Shown piece by piece: positions 1 through 12,627 of a stretch of 64,000 nucleotides of DNA. The notes under the pieces were generated by a model, which was given only the letters and a program-made list of their open reading frames with translations, was not told the DNA's origin and made no database searches. How positions within the stretch are numbered: position 1 is the stretch's first letter; the number at the start of each line of letters is the position of its first letter. Source of the stretch: Hypanus sabinus (taxonomy: Eukaryota); NCBI RefSeq assembly GCF_030144855.1, contig NC_082735.1, forward strand, positions 26,908,001 through 26,972,000, given 5' to 3'. The position numbers were made by a program, and so were the translations under genes.

Positions 1-2854
1 CGGGAGCTGAAAGTTATTCATCTACTTGTCCCTGCCACAAGTGGATCCCCAGAGAGAATATACTGACCTGACCCATCCACAAATGCCAGAAATACTTTGA
101 CATTAAAATCTTTAACATACTATAAAGATGAAAGTACATTTATTTAAATTAGGTTTCTGAAATAAATTACCTAAAACCTGCCTGCCTCTCTATTTGAAAT
201 GAATGGAATCATTGTGGATTGTTCAGATTTTCTAGTATACATAACGCCTAGGAACCTGCAGGAGGTTTTTGCTCCCCTGCCAGACTCCATGACAAATCCA
301 ATGTCACAGCACATTCAGAGTCAGAGCAGCAAAGTTCTGTCAAAAAGTTTGGGATTTTCATTGTGTTAACGCAAAGTCCTGACCATCCTGGGAAAATGGC
401 TTATGTTACACATAGAACTAGAAAATTTATTTTTTTTTGTTGATTCTAGAATTGCATTTAACTTAACTCAGCTTGGAATATAATTACATTTCAAGTTTAG
501 TTACAAATAACAATCGTAATTTCTGTACGGATCTCAGAAATGTGAAGATAGTAAAACTGTGCTGGTGGTGGAAAGATTTAGTGCTGGTTTTAAGAAAAGG
601 CAAGAAGCTTTAAGAAAGATTATAGTGAAGTTAATGGAATCTTGAGCAGTTTAAGGTGTTGAATTTTAAAATGTTGAAGTTAATGTAAGAGAATAAGAAG
701 GGTCACTGAAAAAGGTTAATTTTGACTTACTTGTTAATGAAAGCTAATGTCCAGTGTTTTTTTTTTAAACATGGCAATACATTTGTTACTGTTTCTTTTG
801 CCAGGAAAAGGTTACAAACATTTCAAATAGCCTTGCAATGTACAATTATAAAATATTATCAATGCTGGAAATTGCCGGGTATGGGTTTTACAGGAATTAA
901 ACTGGTAGGGGGAGAAACATTACAGAGAACTATACTAAATCACCAGTCTAACATTCAACTGCAAACTCAGCTTTGATGTACTGAGACCCTGTCATGGCTT
1001 GACTATGGCCTTCAAGAATCAGGCAAGCACAGAAAATACAGATATGTATCAAAAAGAAGTCAGTTACATGATACCTCTTCAAGAAAGTTACCACTGTAAA
1101 ATAAACATTTGATACCAGTTGAACTATCTTCAGCTTTTACTGCTGACATTTTCCAATTTTGTATTTACTATTGCTACCATATTAACATGGAAGGCAACAG
1201 AGGCAATACCGACCACGAAAGAAAAAAAATAATATGGAACAAATACACAAAATAACCAGATTGAACCCTAACAGATTTCCTAATTTTAGAATAAGATTAT
1301 TTTACTGAAATCTTAATTGTATTCAAATAGGATAATTATTAAGAACCCTCACCCCCGCCAACCGTTTGCCAACACCAGCACTGAAATTTCTCCAATATGA
1401 TTGAATGGAATGGTTTCAACCAGTCAAATCAAGCTTCACTTATCTAAACTTCATTCTCCTCCAGAGGGAGTCAATTCCAATCTTTAGACAGTATAACACT
1501 GGTAGACAGGCTGTGACTGAAGTTAGTAAAGGTTTTGTGAACAACAGTGAAAGTAAAAATGGCTTGTTGAATTTTAAATTGCCTTGATCTATTACAAAAC
1601 GGCTGTCTCCTTGCATATTCACTGTCATAAAAGGTGATTTACAATTTGTGTGAATAAAAATATATAAATGGTAAACATTGCGCTTTCATTGTATTTATCA
1701 CTTCCCTCACATTTATAGATTTTACACAATGTAATGCCATATTGAATTAAGAGTGCTTCATTTCAATCATTAAAAATCTGCCAATTAGCCAATTGATTGA
1801 GTCAAAGCACTCTTAAAATTGCTCTGCAAAATGAACCAATATTAGATGGATTAAAAAGTATTAGAAATCCTTAGAATTATTACTGTATTAATATTCTAGC
1901 TATGCACTCCGTTAGAATGAGAAATTATGAATAGCATTTTCCCTTAAAAGGATAAAAATAATAAAATGCTAGAAAAAAATGTTTACAACATAGTTAGAAA
2001 GTAATAGTGAATGTTTATGATAAAAGCTAGACATTAAGAGGCTCCTTAAGGAATGTGTGTAAAGGAGAAATGAAAGCACATAAAACTAAGAAAACAGAGC
2101 CAGTTCTAGCACCTCAAAACCTGGCTGATAGAGTAAAAGCTCAATATCAAAGAACCTTCTGTCTAGTGAATCTAGTTAGCAATAGGATAGGAATTGAGAA
2201 GTAAAGTTACTCAGTGCCAAATTGCCCAATTTTCATTACAAATGTTCCCAATAATGAATTTGTGGTCAATCACCCACCTCACCAAGAGCATAATCGTGAA
2301 GTCACATTTGCTAAGCTCAGAATGTCCTATTCCTTTTGAACAATCACTCACAACTGCACTGTCAAGGGTGATAGTGGAGTGAAATACAATGGGCATTTAA
2401 GAGGTTCTTGGATAGGCAAATGAATATGCAGAAAATTGAGGGATACAGACATTGTGTAGCAGAAAGGATTAGTTTAACTACTAGATTAATTACAGATCGA
2501 CACATTGTGGGCAAGGGTCTGTTCCTGTGCTTGTATTGTTCTCTGTTCTATGTTGGCAAGGCTATGCAAAATTACTTAAATGTTTAAGCTTTGACTCGAA
2601 GAATGAGCATTCGGATGAAGGATTGATTGATGGCACTTAACCACATGCACATGAGAAGGCATACAGGGCTGCCAGGTCTAGCAAAACTACTCACCAAATT
2701 GTGATAAATGCCAGGGTAATGGAATTATTCTATACATTTTTAAACATATGAATAATGCAAGCAAGTAATACATTTGATAAATAGCTTTACCCAATCCAAA
2801 TGACAATGATGCTCACTACACTGAAAACGAATAGATTATGGATTAGATTTTTTC

Positions 2855-2860
2855 TTTATT
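2855..2860 (-). terminator. RPL11 polyadenylation signal AATAAA
   Basis: TTTATT on the plus strand, 18 nt after the stop codon; short 3'UTR typical of ribosomal protein genes. Confidence 0.8.
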
Positions 2861-2878
2861 GATAGTTCTGAAACATTT

Positions 2879-2908
2879 TTATTTTCCTGGGAGAATGATA
2901 CCATCGTA
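2879..2908 (-). CDS. RPL11: RPL11 exon 6 coding part (YDGIILPGK*)
   Basis: tttacag acceptor and TAA stop. The six exons sum to 537 nt = 178 aa + stop with frame intact. Confidence 0.97.
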   Translation of the reverse strand, partial: YDGIILPGK

Positions 2909-3008
2909 CTGTAAACAGAAAGGGAAAAGGAAAGCATTAGAAAGTGAAATGTCTTAGATACAAATTTCAAAGACAACCCAGACCAATGACTTAAATCTGG
3001 AAAGCTCA

Positions 3009-3125
<117 letters not shown>

Positions 3126-5730
3126 CTACAAAACGAGGAGAGACAGGAATCACACCAGAAACAGTCTACAGGCAAAAGAAAAGTTTTCTTCACCAAAGCT
3201 GGCAGTATTTAAAAAATGCTGTATATCTGTCAGGGGTGAGCATTCTCAGGCAGTGGGAAACTACAAAGATGGGCTTAACTAAGCAACTGAATACCAGCAA
3301 CTTCAGTTGGTAAATAGAGGTTTTAGGGAAGCAAATTTAAATGCATATAGTCAATGGGAAAAATGGTTGAACATACAGGCAACAGAGGCAGTAGAAGAAA
3401 GGAAGACTAAGGAACTCTTATATAAATGAGGCAAAATGAAACAAGAGGAATGAAAAAAGAAATTAAATAATCCAATTTATAAATTTTAAGGCGTAGAGCA
3501 AAAGTGTGGCAGTAAGTGGATAAATATGAATTAAGAGTTTCATTGCAGCCAACAGGACAAGTTGTTGATGAAAATGCTTAAACAGAAACTGTCTGAAATT
3601 GGTTGAGCACAGAGTGTACAGTGAATTATTAGTATTTGATCTGTCACAAAGAATGACATTGGTAATCAACTTCAATAAAATGTGGTTCTGAAACTGACTA
3701 AAAGATAAACAGTTCAACATGAGACACCAGGTCACAAACATGAGAAAATTTGCAGATGCTGGAAATCAAAAGCAACATACACAAAATACTGCAAGAACTC
3801 AGCAGGCCAGGCAAAATCTATGGAAAAGAGTAAACCATTGAGGTTTTGAGCTGAAACGCTTCATCAGTCTTGATGACTTCCTCCAGTATTTTGTGGGTGT
3901 TGCATAGGGCAATAAGAGTTTCCCTGATTACAATTCTACTGGAATATTGTCAAGAGCCGTGGTTTTCATGGACAAAAAAGATGATGAATCATTTAAAAGC
4001 AAATGAAGCACCAGCTTTGGAAAATAAAATGGACAAAGTTAAATGTTGATTAGAAACATGAAAATAGGTAGAAAGACACATACAGGAAGTACTATGGGCC
4101 ATAAAAATGTAAATGCTTCTGTCAATACAAGATTAATGACAATTCAGTAGATTATCCTCTACAGTAAAGTTTTTGAAATGGATTGTTAATCAGAAGAAAG
4201 TACATGTTTATCTGCTATGTGAGAACAACATGTTTTTTCAACATATGGTTAGAACATCAATAATGAATGGTTACAGAGAGAATCTGTAATTTAAGAACTG
4301 TGTAAACATTTAAGAAATTTTAATTTTAAAAAATATATAAATTGGAACAGGAATAAGTTTACAGCAGATAAGTCTAGTTGAAGAAAAACACTGACAACAT
4401 TTTAAGTGTTCCTACTTTCCTTTAGTAGGATCCAGGGGACACTTGCAGGATGTTTGCCTTCATTGCCGTTCTCAGCTTGCTCCATCAACATGTCCTGAAA
4501 CCACCCAAGAGTCTCCCCAAATGTTATTATTAAGAACAGATGCCATTGTATGCCCTGCCTCAGCAAATTATGACTCAAGCTATTTCAAAATTGTGAGTAG
4601 CTTAATCATTGTTTATGAGTAACAAACAGCATATGACCTAGAGATATCACATACTATAGCTCTAGTTGAATATCAGTATCTTCCATTCTCTCATCAAATG
4701 CTGCTAACTGTTGGCTGGACAAAAGGAAGAATCATTAAAATAACCGTAGTTTACATATTACTACTCAGCCAAGATATATTTCCTCTTCCTCTCCAATTTT
4801 ATCCCCTCCCCTGAAGGCAGGCACTCCTTACTCAAGTGCAGTTCCACAGATTTGGTCTGTTACTATATCAAGTAGCCTTTCTTCTTTTGTGAGTACATAC
4901 AACAAACAGCAATCATCACAAGTTTAGCTGATTCTCTTAAGACAGTTACAACAGTATAAGAATATCAGCACCTGGAAACTTTGGGCCTCAGGGCCAAGGG
5001 TTGATTCTTGCTGGCTAATGAGATGCAAAATATGGTTTTGCAGTACAGTAAGTTAGTCTCACTGGGACTATATATTTAAAAAAAATCACAACCTCACCTG
5101 GAGTACACTGTGAAATTTTGATCTTCAAATCTAAATATCTATATTCTTGCCTTGCAGTCAAGGCATCAGTTCTGTGGACTAAATCCTGGCATGAAGAATC
5201 ATCCTCAAGGAAAGACAATGAGAAGTTGGAATATACTAACCAGAGATGAGATCAAAGAGAGGTGATCTCTTTGAGAGAGTGACCTCCATGTTTCAAGGGG
5301 TGATGTGTGCTCCTAGAAAATGAACCACTCTGCAATTTTCCATGACCAAGAACTACAAATTTAAAAGCTATAGATGAACTACAAGTTCTTCAGAACATGA
5401 CATTCATGCATAGTTTAAAGTAAACCGGGAACAACCAAGGTTATTGACCAGCACAAGTTAACCAACTCCCTCGTCCATCACACCAGTGCAGAATGGCACC
5501 TGTAGGAAACATTTTTTAAAAAAAAAGTATTGGATTGTTCTGTGGATCGCTTTACTTATTAGTTTTTTTGTGGTGTTTTTTTTTTACTTACTTTATGGAC
5601 AGCAGCACTGAAAGTGACCTGCTAAGATAAGTTCTTGGCCTGGAGTCGATGAAGCTGGGCTGGGAAGAAGGTCTCACAAGGGGAAATTAGTTTTGACTAG
5701 CATTGAAATCACATTCATTCAATTGTTTTA

Positions 5731-5943
<213 letters not shown>

Positions 5944-6018
5944 CTAATGCTCCATTTTTATAACACATAATTCACAAATAATTGCCAATTTTAAGAAAAC
6001 AGCATTTAGGCTCTTCTT

Positions 6019-6310
6019 GGGGGGCACAGCAGCATAGTGGATAGAACAACATTTACAGTACAGGTGACTTGGGTTCAATTCCTGCTGCTGCCTGTAAGGA
6101 GTTTGTATGTTCTCCCCATGACCGCGTGGGTTTCCTCCAGGTGCTCCTGTTTCCTGCCACAGTCCAAAGACGTACCAGCCGATAGGTTAATTAGTCATTG
6201 TAAACTGTCCTGTGATTAGGTTTGGATTGCTGGGTGGCATGACTCAAAGGGCCAGAAGGCTATATACCGTTATACCAATAAATAAATGAATAGATAAATA
6301 GAAAGATAGA
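6019..6310 (+). mobile_element. tRNA-derived V-SINE (HE1-like) in RPL11 intron 3
   Basis: B-box GGTTCAATTCC; V-domain GCGTGGGTTTCCTCCAGGTGCTCC.GTTTCCT.CCACAGTCCAAAGAC; (ATAA)n tail. Confidence 0.85.
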
Positions 6311-7319
6311 ATTATTTTCTATAAAAAGCTGCTCAAGATTATTCCTAGGTAAACTATAGTTTATTTAGAATATTTCATTTAAATTAAAAGATCTAAAAAA
6401 GCAAAAGTAAACACCAGAGCTATTTTGGATTAGCAAAAAAAAAGCCCAGATTTTGCACATGCATGCCAAGTATCCAAAGTTTCTATGTTAATTATGGCCC
6501 CAGATTTCAGTCTCAAAGATGACTGGGCAGACACATATTCCTTGGAATATATTAAATCTTAAATATTTCAGTCTGAACACTTAGTGCAAGATTATGGATT
6601 CTGCTTTTGGAAAAGCAATTCTATATTAAGATTCAAGAAATTGTGTCTCCATGCAATAATTATCTCTATAATCAGCCAAAGTGTCTGACGAGAAATACAA
6701 GGCGGTACATATTTTACGAATGAACTGCCATTACTCAATGCAAACATGCAAGAAACACATGCATAATTTAATGAATTGCTAGATCATGCTTAATTCATAC
6801 ACCAAGGAAAATAACAAATGAAGTTAACAAAGATCTGTCTGTAACTTAAGAAGTGGGTATCAAGTACTTAGTTTCTCAGTGAAATTAATAAGAAATCAAA
6901 ATTACAGCCATTACTTCCATTGACAATATTTACTACAATATTCAAAAATTATATATTCACAATGGTATTAACCCTCATTAGCAGTACCAATTTATACCAC
7001 ATCCCAAACACTGGGCATTCATAACCAATTTCTGACGGTGACAATTTCAGAAAGAGACAGACAACTGCACATAAAGAGACAGTTATATCTCAGTCATTTT
7101 AATACAATCTATCTCATGCTGGACAGATCATAAGTCAAATCATTAAAGCAAATCTTCTTATTTATTTACTTAGTGATACCATGCGGAGTAGTTCCTTTTG
7201 GCCATTTGAGCCTCACTACCCCAACGTCCCTGACAACACTGATGATGTTTCTATCATTCATTCTATGGGTTTTCTTGTTTAGTGGATGTCTGCAAAGAGT
7301 AAGAATTTCAGGTTGTATA

Positions 7320-8160
7320 CAGTCAGCCCTCCTTATCCACAAATTCCGCATGCACAAATTCAACCAATCGCAAAAACCCGGAAGTGCTCTTCCNNNNNNN
7401 NNNNNNNNNNNNNNNNNNNNNNNNNNNNNNNNNNNNNNNNNNNNNNNNNNNNNNNNNNNNNNNNNNNNNNNNNNNNNNNNNNNNNNNNNNNNNNNNNNNN
7501 NNNNNNNNNNNNNNNNNNNNNNNNNNNNNNNNNNNNNNNNNNNNNNNNNNNNNNNNNGGATAAAAAAAAAATCATAAGTTCTCTTACTAAGAAAGTCGGA
7601 ACAGGTACATCCGATATTATTTAGTGTCAGTTAGTCAAACATTTGTCTTAGTATATAGTATTTATTTTACCTTTCTATGCATATAAAACACTTAAGAACG
7701 TATGTTTCAGCACCAGGCTCGGGAACGGAAGTTCTCGGGACTCGGGACATACCGCTCCCAAGTGTGCTCTCCACTGTGCCAGGTTAATGTGGAGGATCAA
7801 AAGCCCAAAACCCCAAAACCCAATAATTAAACCACTGTGTTGCTTAGTAATAATTGCAACTTTCCTCGTGGCAGGGCCTTTCTCACTTTATCCTTTAAAA
7901 TTGTTCCGATCATTGACCAACGTAGCTTAACACTTTTCCAATGACCGAGGGCATTTCACCTCTTTCCGATCACTTTATTATTTCCACTTTTTCATTCGTG
8001 ATTATTTTCGCGAATAGAAACACTACGGATTCAGATTTCTGCCGCCAGGTCCTAATGTTCTCCGCATTGAGACAGGTTGAATAAGGGACTTGAGCATCCG
8101 CGAATTTTGGTATCCGCGAGGGGTCCCGGAACCAATCCCCCGCTGATAAGGAGCCGACTG
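7320..8160 (-). mobile_element. Non-autonomous TcMar-Tigger (MER2/Tigger3-like) DNA transposon in RPL11 intron 3
   Basis: TIRs CAGTCAGCCCTCCTTATC and GATAAGGAGCCGACTG with TA on both sides. The sub-terminal GGGGGATTGGTTCCGGGACCCCTCGCGGATACCAAAATTCGCGGATGCTCAAGTCCCTTAT resembles MER2 as I recall it. Contains a 164-N gap. Confidence 0.85.
7394..7557. other. Assembly gap (164 N)
   Basis: N run. Confidence 1.
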
Positions 8161-8204
8161 TACTGTAGACATCCATTGATATTAAATTGAACTATCTGAA
8201 CCAT

Positions 8205-8418
8205 TTGAATCTAATCACGGGACAATTTACAATAACCAGTTAACCTATCCAATATGTCTTTGGATCATGGGAGGAAATCAGAGCACCCAGAGAAAACCCA
8301 CACATTCCATGGGGAGGATGTACAGAGACTCCTAACAGACGGCACCAGAATTGAACTACGAACTCCAACGCCCCGACCTGTAATAGCGTCATGCTAACCA
8401 CTACGCTACCATGGCACT
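8205..8418 (-). mobile_element. V-SINE
   Basis: Reverse complement of the same head and V-domain. Confidence 0.78.
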
Positions 8419-8566
8419 TCTACAATTTGCCACAAATTTCACATAGAACTTTCATTGAAACAATTGTCAAGGGAAAAAAAAACAAAAATTAAGAAGTTCA
8501 TCCATCCTTTCAAAAAAGTAAAAATGATTTATAAAAACTATTATGAATTGAAGTAAAAGAACTTAC

Positions 8567-8673
8567 TTTAAGGCCCTTTTCCAGAATTTCTTCGGCTTTT
8601 GCACCACGGACTGTGCAGTGAACAGCAATCTTTTCATTTCTCCTGATACCAAAAGATCTCACAGTATAGCGAG
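8567..8673 (-). CDS. RPL11: RPL11 exon 3 ([36 protein letters not shown])
   Basis: Contained in ORF 8510..8698; AG and GTAAGT boundaries; 107 nt. Confidence 0.97.
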
Positions 8674-8747
8674 CTAATGGAGAACAAGTTTTAATCATCA
8701 GTACATTTTAAGTCAGCAGAGGTAACATGCAGAAGATTTGCACATTA

Positions 8748-8948
<201 letters not shown>

Positions 8949-8984
8949 CTAAAATACAGCATCTCTTTAGAAAGCAATATATAT

Positions 8985-9226
8985 TATTTATTTATTGAGA
9001 TACAGCATGTAGTCGGCCCTTCAAATCACATTGCCCAGCAATCCCCTGATTTAATCTGAGCCTAATCACGGGACAATTTACAAAGACCAATTAACCTAAC
9101 AACTAGTATGTCTTTGGACTGTGGGAGGAAACCGACACAGTCACAGGGAGAACGTATAAACTCCTTACAGGCAGCACCGGGAATTGAATGTGTGTCACCT
9201 GTACTAACCACTACACCACCATGCCA
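8985..9226 (-). mobile_element. V-SINE in RPL11 intron 1
   Basis: GTCTTTGGACTGTGGGAGGAAACC motif and A/B-box head. Confidence 0.78.
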
Positions 9227-10885
9227 TTTTGATGACATCAAAAGGTTTACTTACAGCTGGTTCAAAATTCAGTCCAGCATTAATATCTTTATCCTTCCTC
9301 AACTAAAATTATATCTTTTGTGATTTTTGCCTCTGTACTTGCTCAACAAATTATAATAGAAAATGCCAATAGGAATTGAGTACATTTTATATATAAAACA
9401 AGCTGACTTCAAATAGCATCCTTAGATAAATGGCATTTGTATGAATTATTACAGTACGTAATTGATAATGAAAACAAATTGTGACTCTTTTCTTGTTATA
9501 TATAGGTATCAGTATGCTCAATAAATTTTACAACAGAACCACAAGTTCCTCAGTTTCACCTGTTTCGAAGATCACATAATCAATCAGCTTGAATTATAAT
9601 TTTAGGAGACTTAATGTCACTGCTCCATAGTCATAGCTAAATTTTATAGGATTATTTACTTCTGTACATTCTTACAAACAGCAATTTTATAAATTATAAA
9701 CATCACCCTTCTTACACCGGAATTTGTCTACAGTTAATCGAAATAGATAAAAGTTTGCCCCTCCAGAGGAGCAAACTTAGCAAGTCAAATTATATGATTT
9801 CAAGCTGTGAATGTTCTTCATTTACAAGATTTTTTAAAAATTAGCAACAATTAACACTTAGACAGGCTGAGTATAAGCTTTTATAAAATATAGACTTTTG
9901 TCAAGAGTTATAGATCACTGTTGTAAAACCTAATGCACGGTTTTAATTCCCAAACTGAACTTGTAGCTCACAAAATGAGTTGCACCTCAACAGAACTAAA
10001 ACTGAAATCCAAATCACTGTGAACATGAGGCCAGCATTCCACATCTCCAAGCAGATCCCTATGCACCTAACTCCCATCCAAAAAAACATTTCAAACACAT
10101 TTTGAAATCCTTAAAGTCTTGCATTAAAATGACTATTTAAGAAGTCAGTGTAATGCCCAAAATAAATCTAAACGAGAAGTTAATTGATGTCCTCAGTGTG
10201 ATCAGAATTCAGTGAAACAAAAGCAGTTTTCCTGGAACAGCGGCGGGCAATAACCCCCCTGTATTAGTTAAATGATACCTAATGATACAACTCCTATATT
10301 GTCAGATAAGTATTAGATACTGAATTAGATTTCTCTACACCCCTTTCTACAACCTCCTACTACACCCTGAAACATTCACTTTGCTGCTTACAGTAACATA
10401 AGTTACTGATTTTATATTTTCTCAATTTCATACCCCATGTTCCTAACGTCTAAGTACATGTGATTTAAGCAAAAGTCGCTGCACATGGTCAGTGCCCGGC
10501 CCATCAAATGCCCTTTACAACATTTTTTTTGGTCACCCATATGATACATAGCTTTAATGAGTGCAGGATTCCACCACCACCGCCCAACCCGGATATCACA
10601 ACTTTTCCCTTTAAAATAAAAGCTACTCCTGACAGAAAGGGCTTAAGGTAGCGTACAACGCACTATCATCAGTAACAGGTGTTGGCCCTAGCAACGCAGA
10701 AACCATCGTGTAGTCTGCGGCCTAATTTGGCTTCCACATATTTCCGGAGAAGGAGCTTTTGTTCCACTTTAGGCTAACAGATAAAGGCGAGCAGAAATTC
10801 CCCTCAAAAACACTGATGTTCCCCCGATGCGCAGTAGCGACGCGGAACCGTTCCTTCACCATCCCCTCCCCCCTTGCCTCCTTAC

Positions 10886-10891
10886 CGCCAT
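10886..10891 (-). CDS. RPL11: 60S ribosomal protein L11 (uL5), coding exon 1 (ATG GCG)
   Basis: Minus strand reads ...CCAAC ATG GCG|GTAAG. This is the 6-nt coding first exon typical of vertebrate RPL11, in a CpG-rich region. Confidence 0.9.
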
Positions 10892-11090
10892 GTTGGTCGA
10901 GAAGATGGAACGGCCACAGCAGCTCAGAGCATTTCTTCTCAGGCCCCGAAACTAGCGGCGGCTGAAGGTCGGCAAAAAAAATCTTCCTAGTGCCGAATGA
11001 ACAAAGTAGCGCCACCATCTCCAAGCCGGGAAAAATGCATCCCATCCTCAGCAGGGCAGTCATCCCCGACAATGAAACGTCTGAGGGGAC
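10892..11090 (-). promoter_or_regulatory. RPL11 CpG-rich promoter and 5'TOP-like start (TTCCATCTTCTC)
   Basis: Pyrimidine tract at 10899-10910 just upstream of the ATG; local CpG enrichment at ~10680-11090. Confidence 0.7.
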
Positions 11091-12080
11091 AGGCATGAGT
11101 GTTTTAGGGAAACCTAGAGCCAAAGTCCCCTTTATCTGATCCAGTTTACATAAAGTATGTTACGGGATCTGAGAAGGGGCCCAACTTATTGCGAAAACGA
11201 GTGACGATGTCTCAATTCAAGTGTCAATCAAATTTGTCTGTACTCAGATTTAACTTGTGCATATACCTGACGGGCCATTATCCTCCAGCGTTCTAAGTTG
11301 TTTTAGTTAACACCCAACTGTTTAGGATGAAGCCAATGGGTAAGATACCTTCTGCAGAAGGAAACCTGCATCTATTTTGTAACATGAACATTACTATCTT
11401 ATCTGTATTAGGTCAGAGGTACCAAGTTCCAAAATATTATAAATGAACTTCCAGGATGTAGTCCAAAACACTGTGTTTAGGTTGAAAAAGTGTAATCTAA
11501 GTGAGACCCTGCAGCGAGATATTACTGAGTGTTTATGGTCATCTGGTCTTGTTTCCAAAATAGGCTTGGGACTTGTATTTTTTGATTAGGAGACTAATAA
11601 TCCATTTGCTATTTCTTTCGCTGTCCATGCATACACTTCTAATTCTAAATCTCAACCTTATGCTGGTACTATAGCCGCGAGGATAATCCTGATTGTTTTC
11701 TGAAGAGTCTTGGACTTTCTTGGTACATCATTTTAAATCTGATACAATTTAATCAGGGAGTGTAAGTAGAAAGAATTACATTTATGTAGAGACTTACACA
11801 ACTTCAGAACATTCAAATCATCAGATATAAGACACAAAATGCTAGGGGAACTCAGCAGGTTAGGCAGGATACATGGAGGAAAATGAATAGTTACTTCATC
11901 AAGATTCGAAAGTGGCAGAAAGGGAAGGTGAGGGAAAGGAGCAAGACCTGGTAGGTGATAGGTGTATCTAGGTGAGGGAGAAGTAGTAAAAGAGAGAATG
12001 ATGTGAGAAGCAAGTTATGAGGTAATAAGTGGAAGAGATGAAGCACTGAAGGAGGAGGAATCTGACATTACTAAAGAGAA

Positions 12081-12627
12081 AACACGAGGAAATCTGCAGA
12101 TGCTGGAAATTCAAACACACACAAAGTGCTGGTGGAACACAGCAGGCCAGGCGGCATCTATAAGGCCTCCTCTACTGTCAAAATGAATCCAAACTCAGGT
12201 TGGAGGAACAACATCTTATATACTGGCTGGGTAGCCTCCAATCTGATGTCATGAACATTGACTTCTCTAACTTCCGTTAATGCCCCTCCTCCTCCATCCC
12301 TGACATATTTAGTTGTTTGCCTGTTCTCCATCTCCCTCTGGTGCTTCCCCCCCCCCCCCCACTTTCTTTCTCCCAAGGCCTCCCATGATCCTTTCCCTTC
12401 TCCAGCTCTGTATCACTTTCACCAATCACCTTTCTAGCTCATAGCTTCATCCCACCACCTCCGGTCTTCTCCTATCATTTTGCATTTCCCCCTCCCCCCA
12501 CTACTTTCAAATCTCTTACTACCTTTCCTTTCAGTTAGTCCTGACAAAGGGTCTTGGCCGAAACGTCAAGTGCTTCTCCCTATAGATGCTGCCTGGCCTG
12601 CTGTGTTCCACCAGCACTTTGTGTGTG
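12081..12627 (+). mobile_element. Penelope-like insertion with inverted tail copy and 13-bp TSD
   Basis: TTACTAAAGAGAA at 12068-12080 and 12628-12640; endonuclease C-terminus RLEEQHL..LGSLQ; ~48-bp inverted ends. Confidence 0.85.

Noticed and set aside
7173-7624. ORFs containing X runs (also 31427-31844)
   Set aside because: Artefacts of translation through N gaps.
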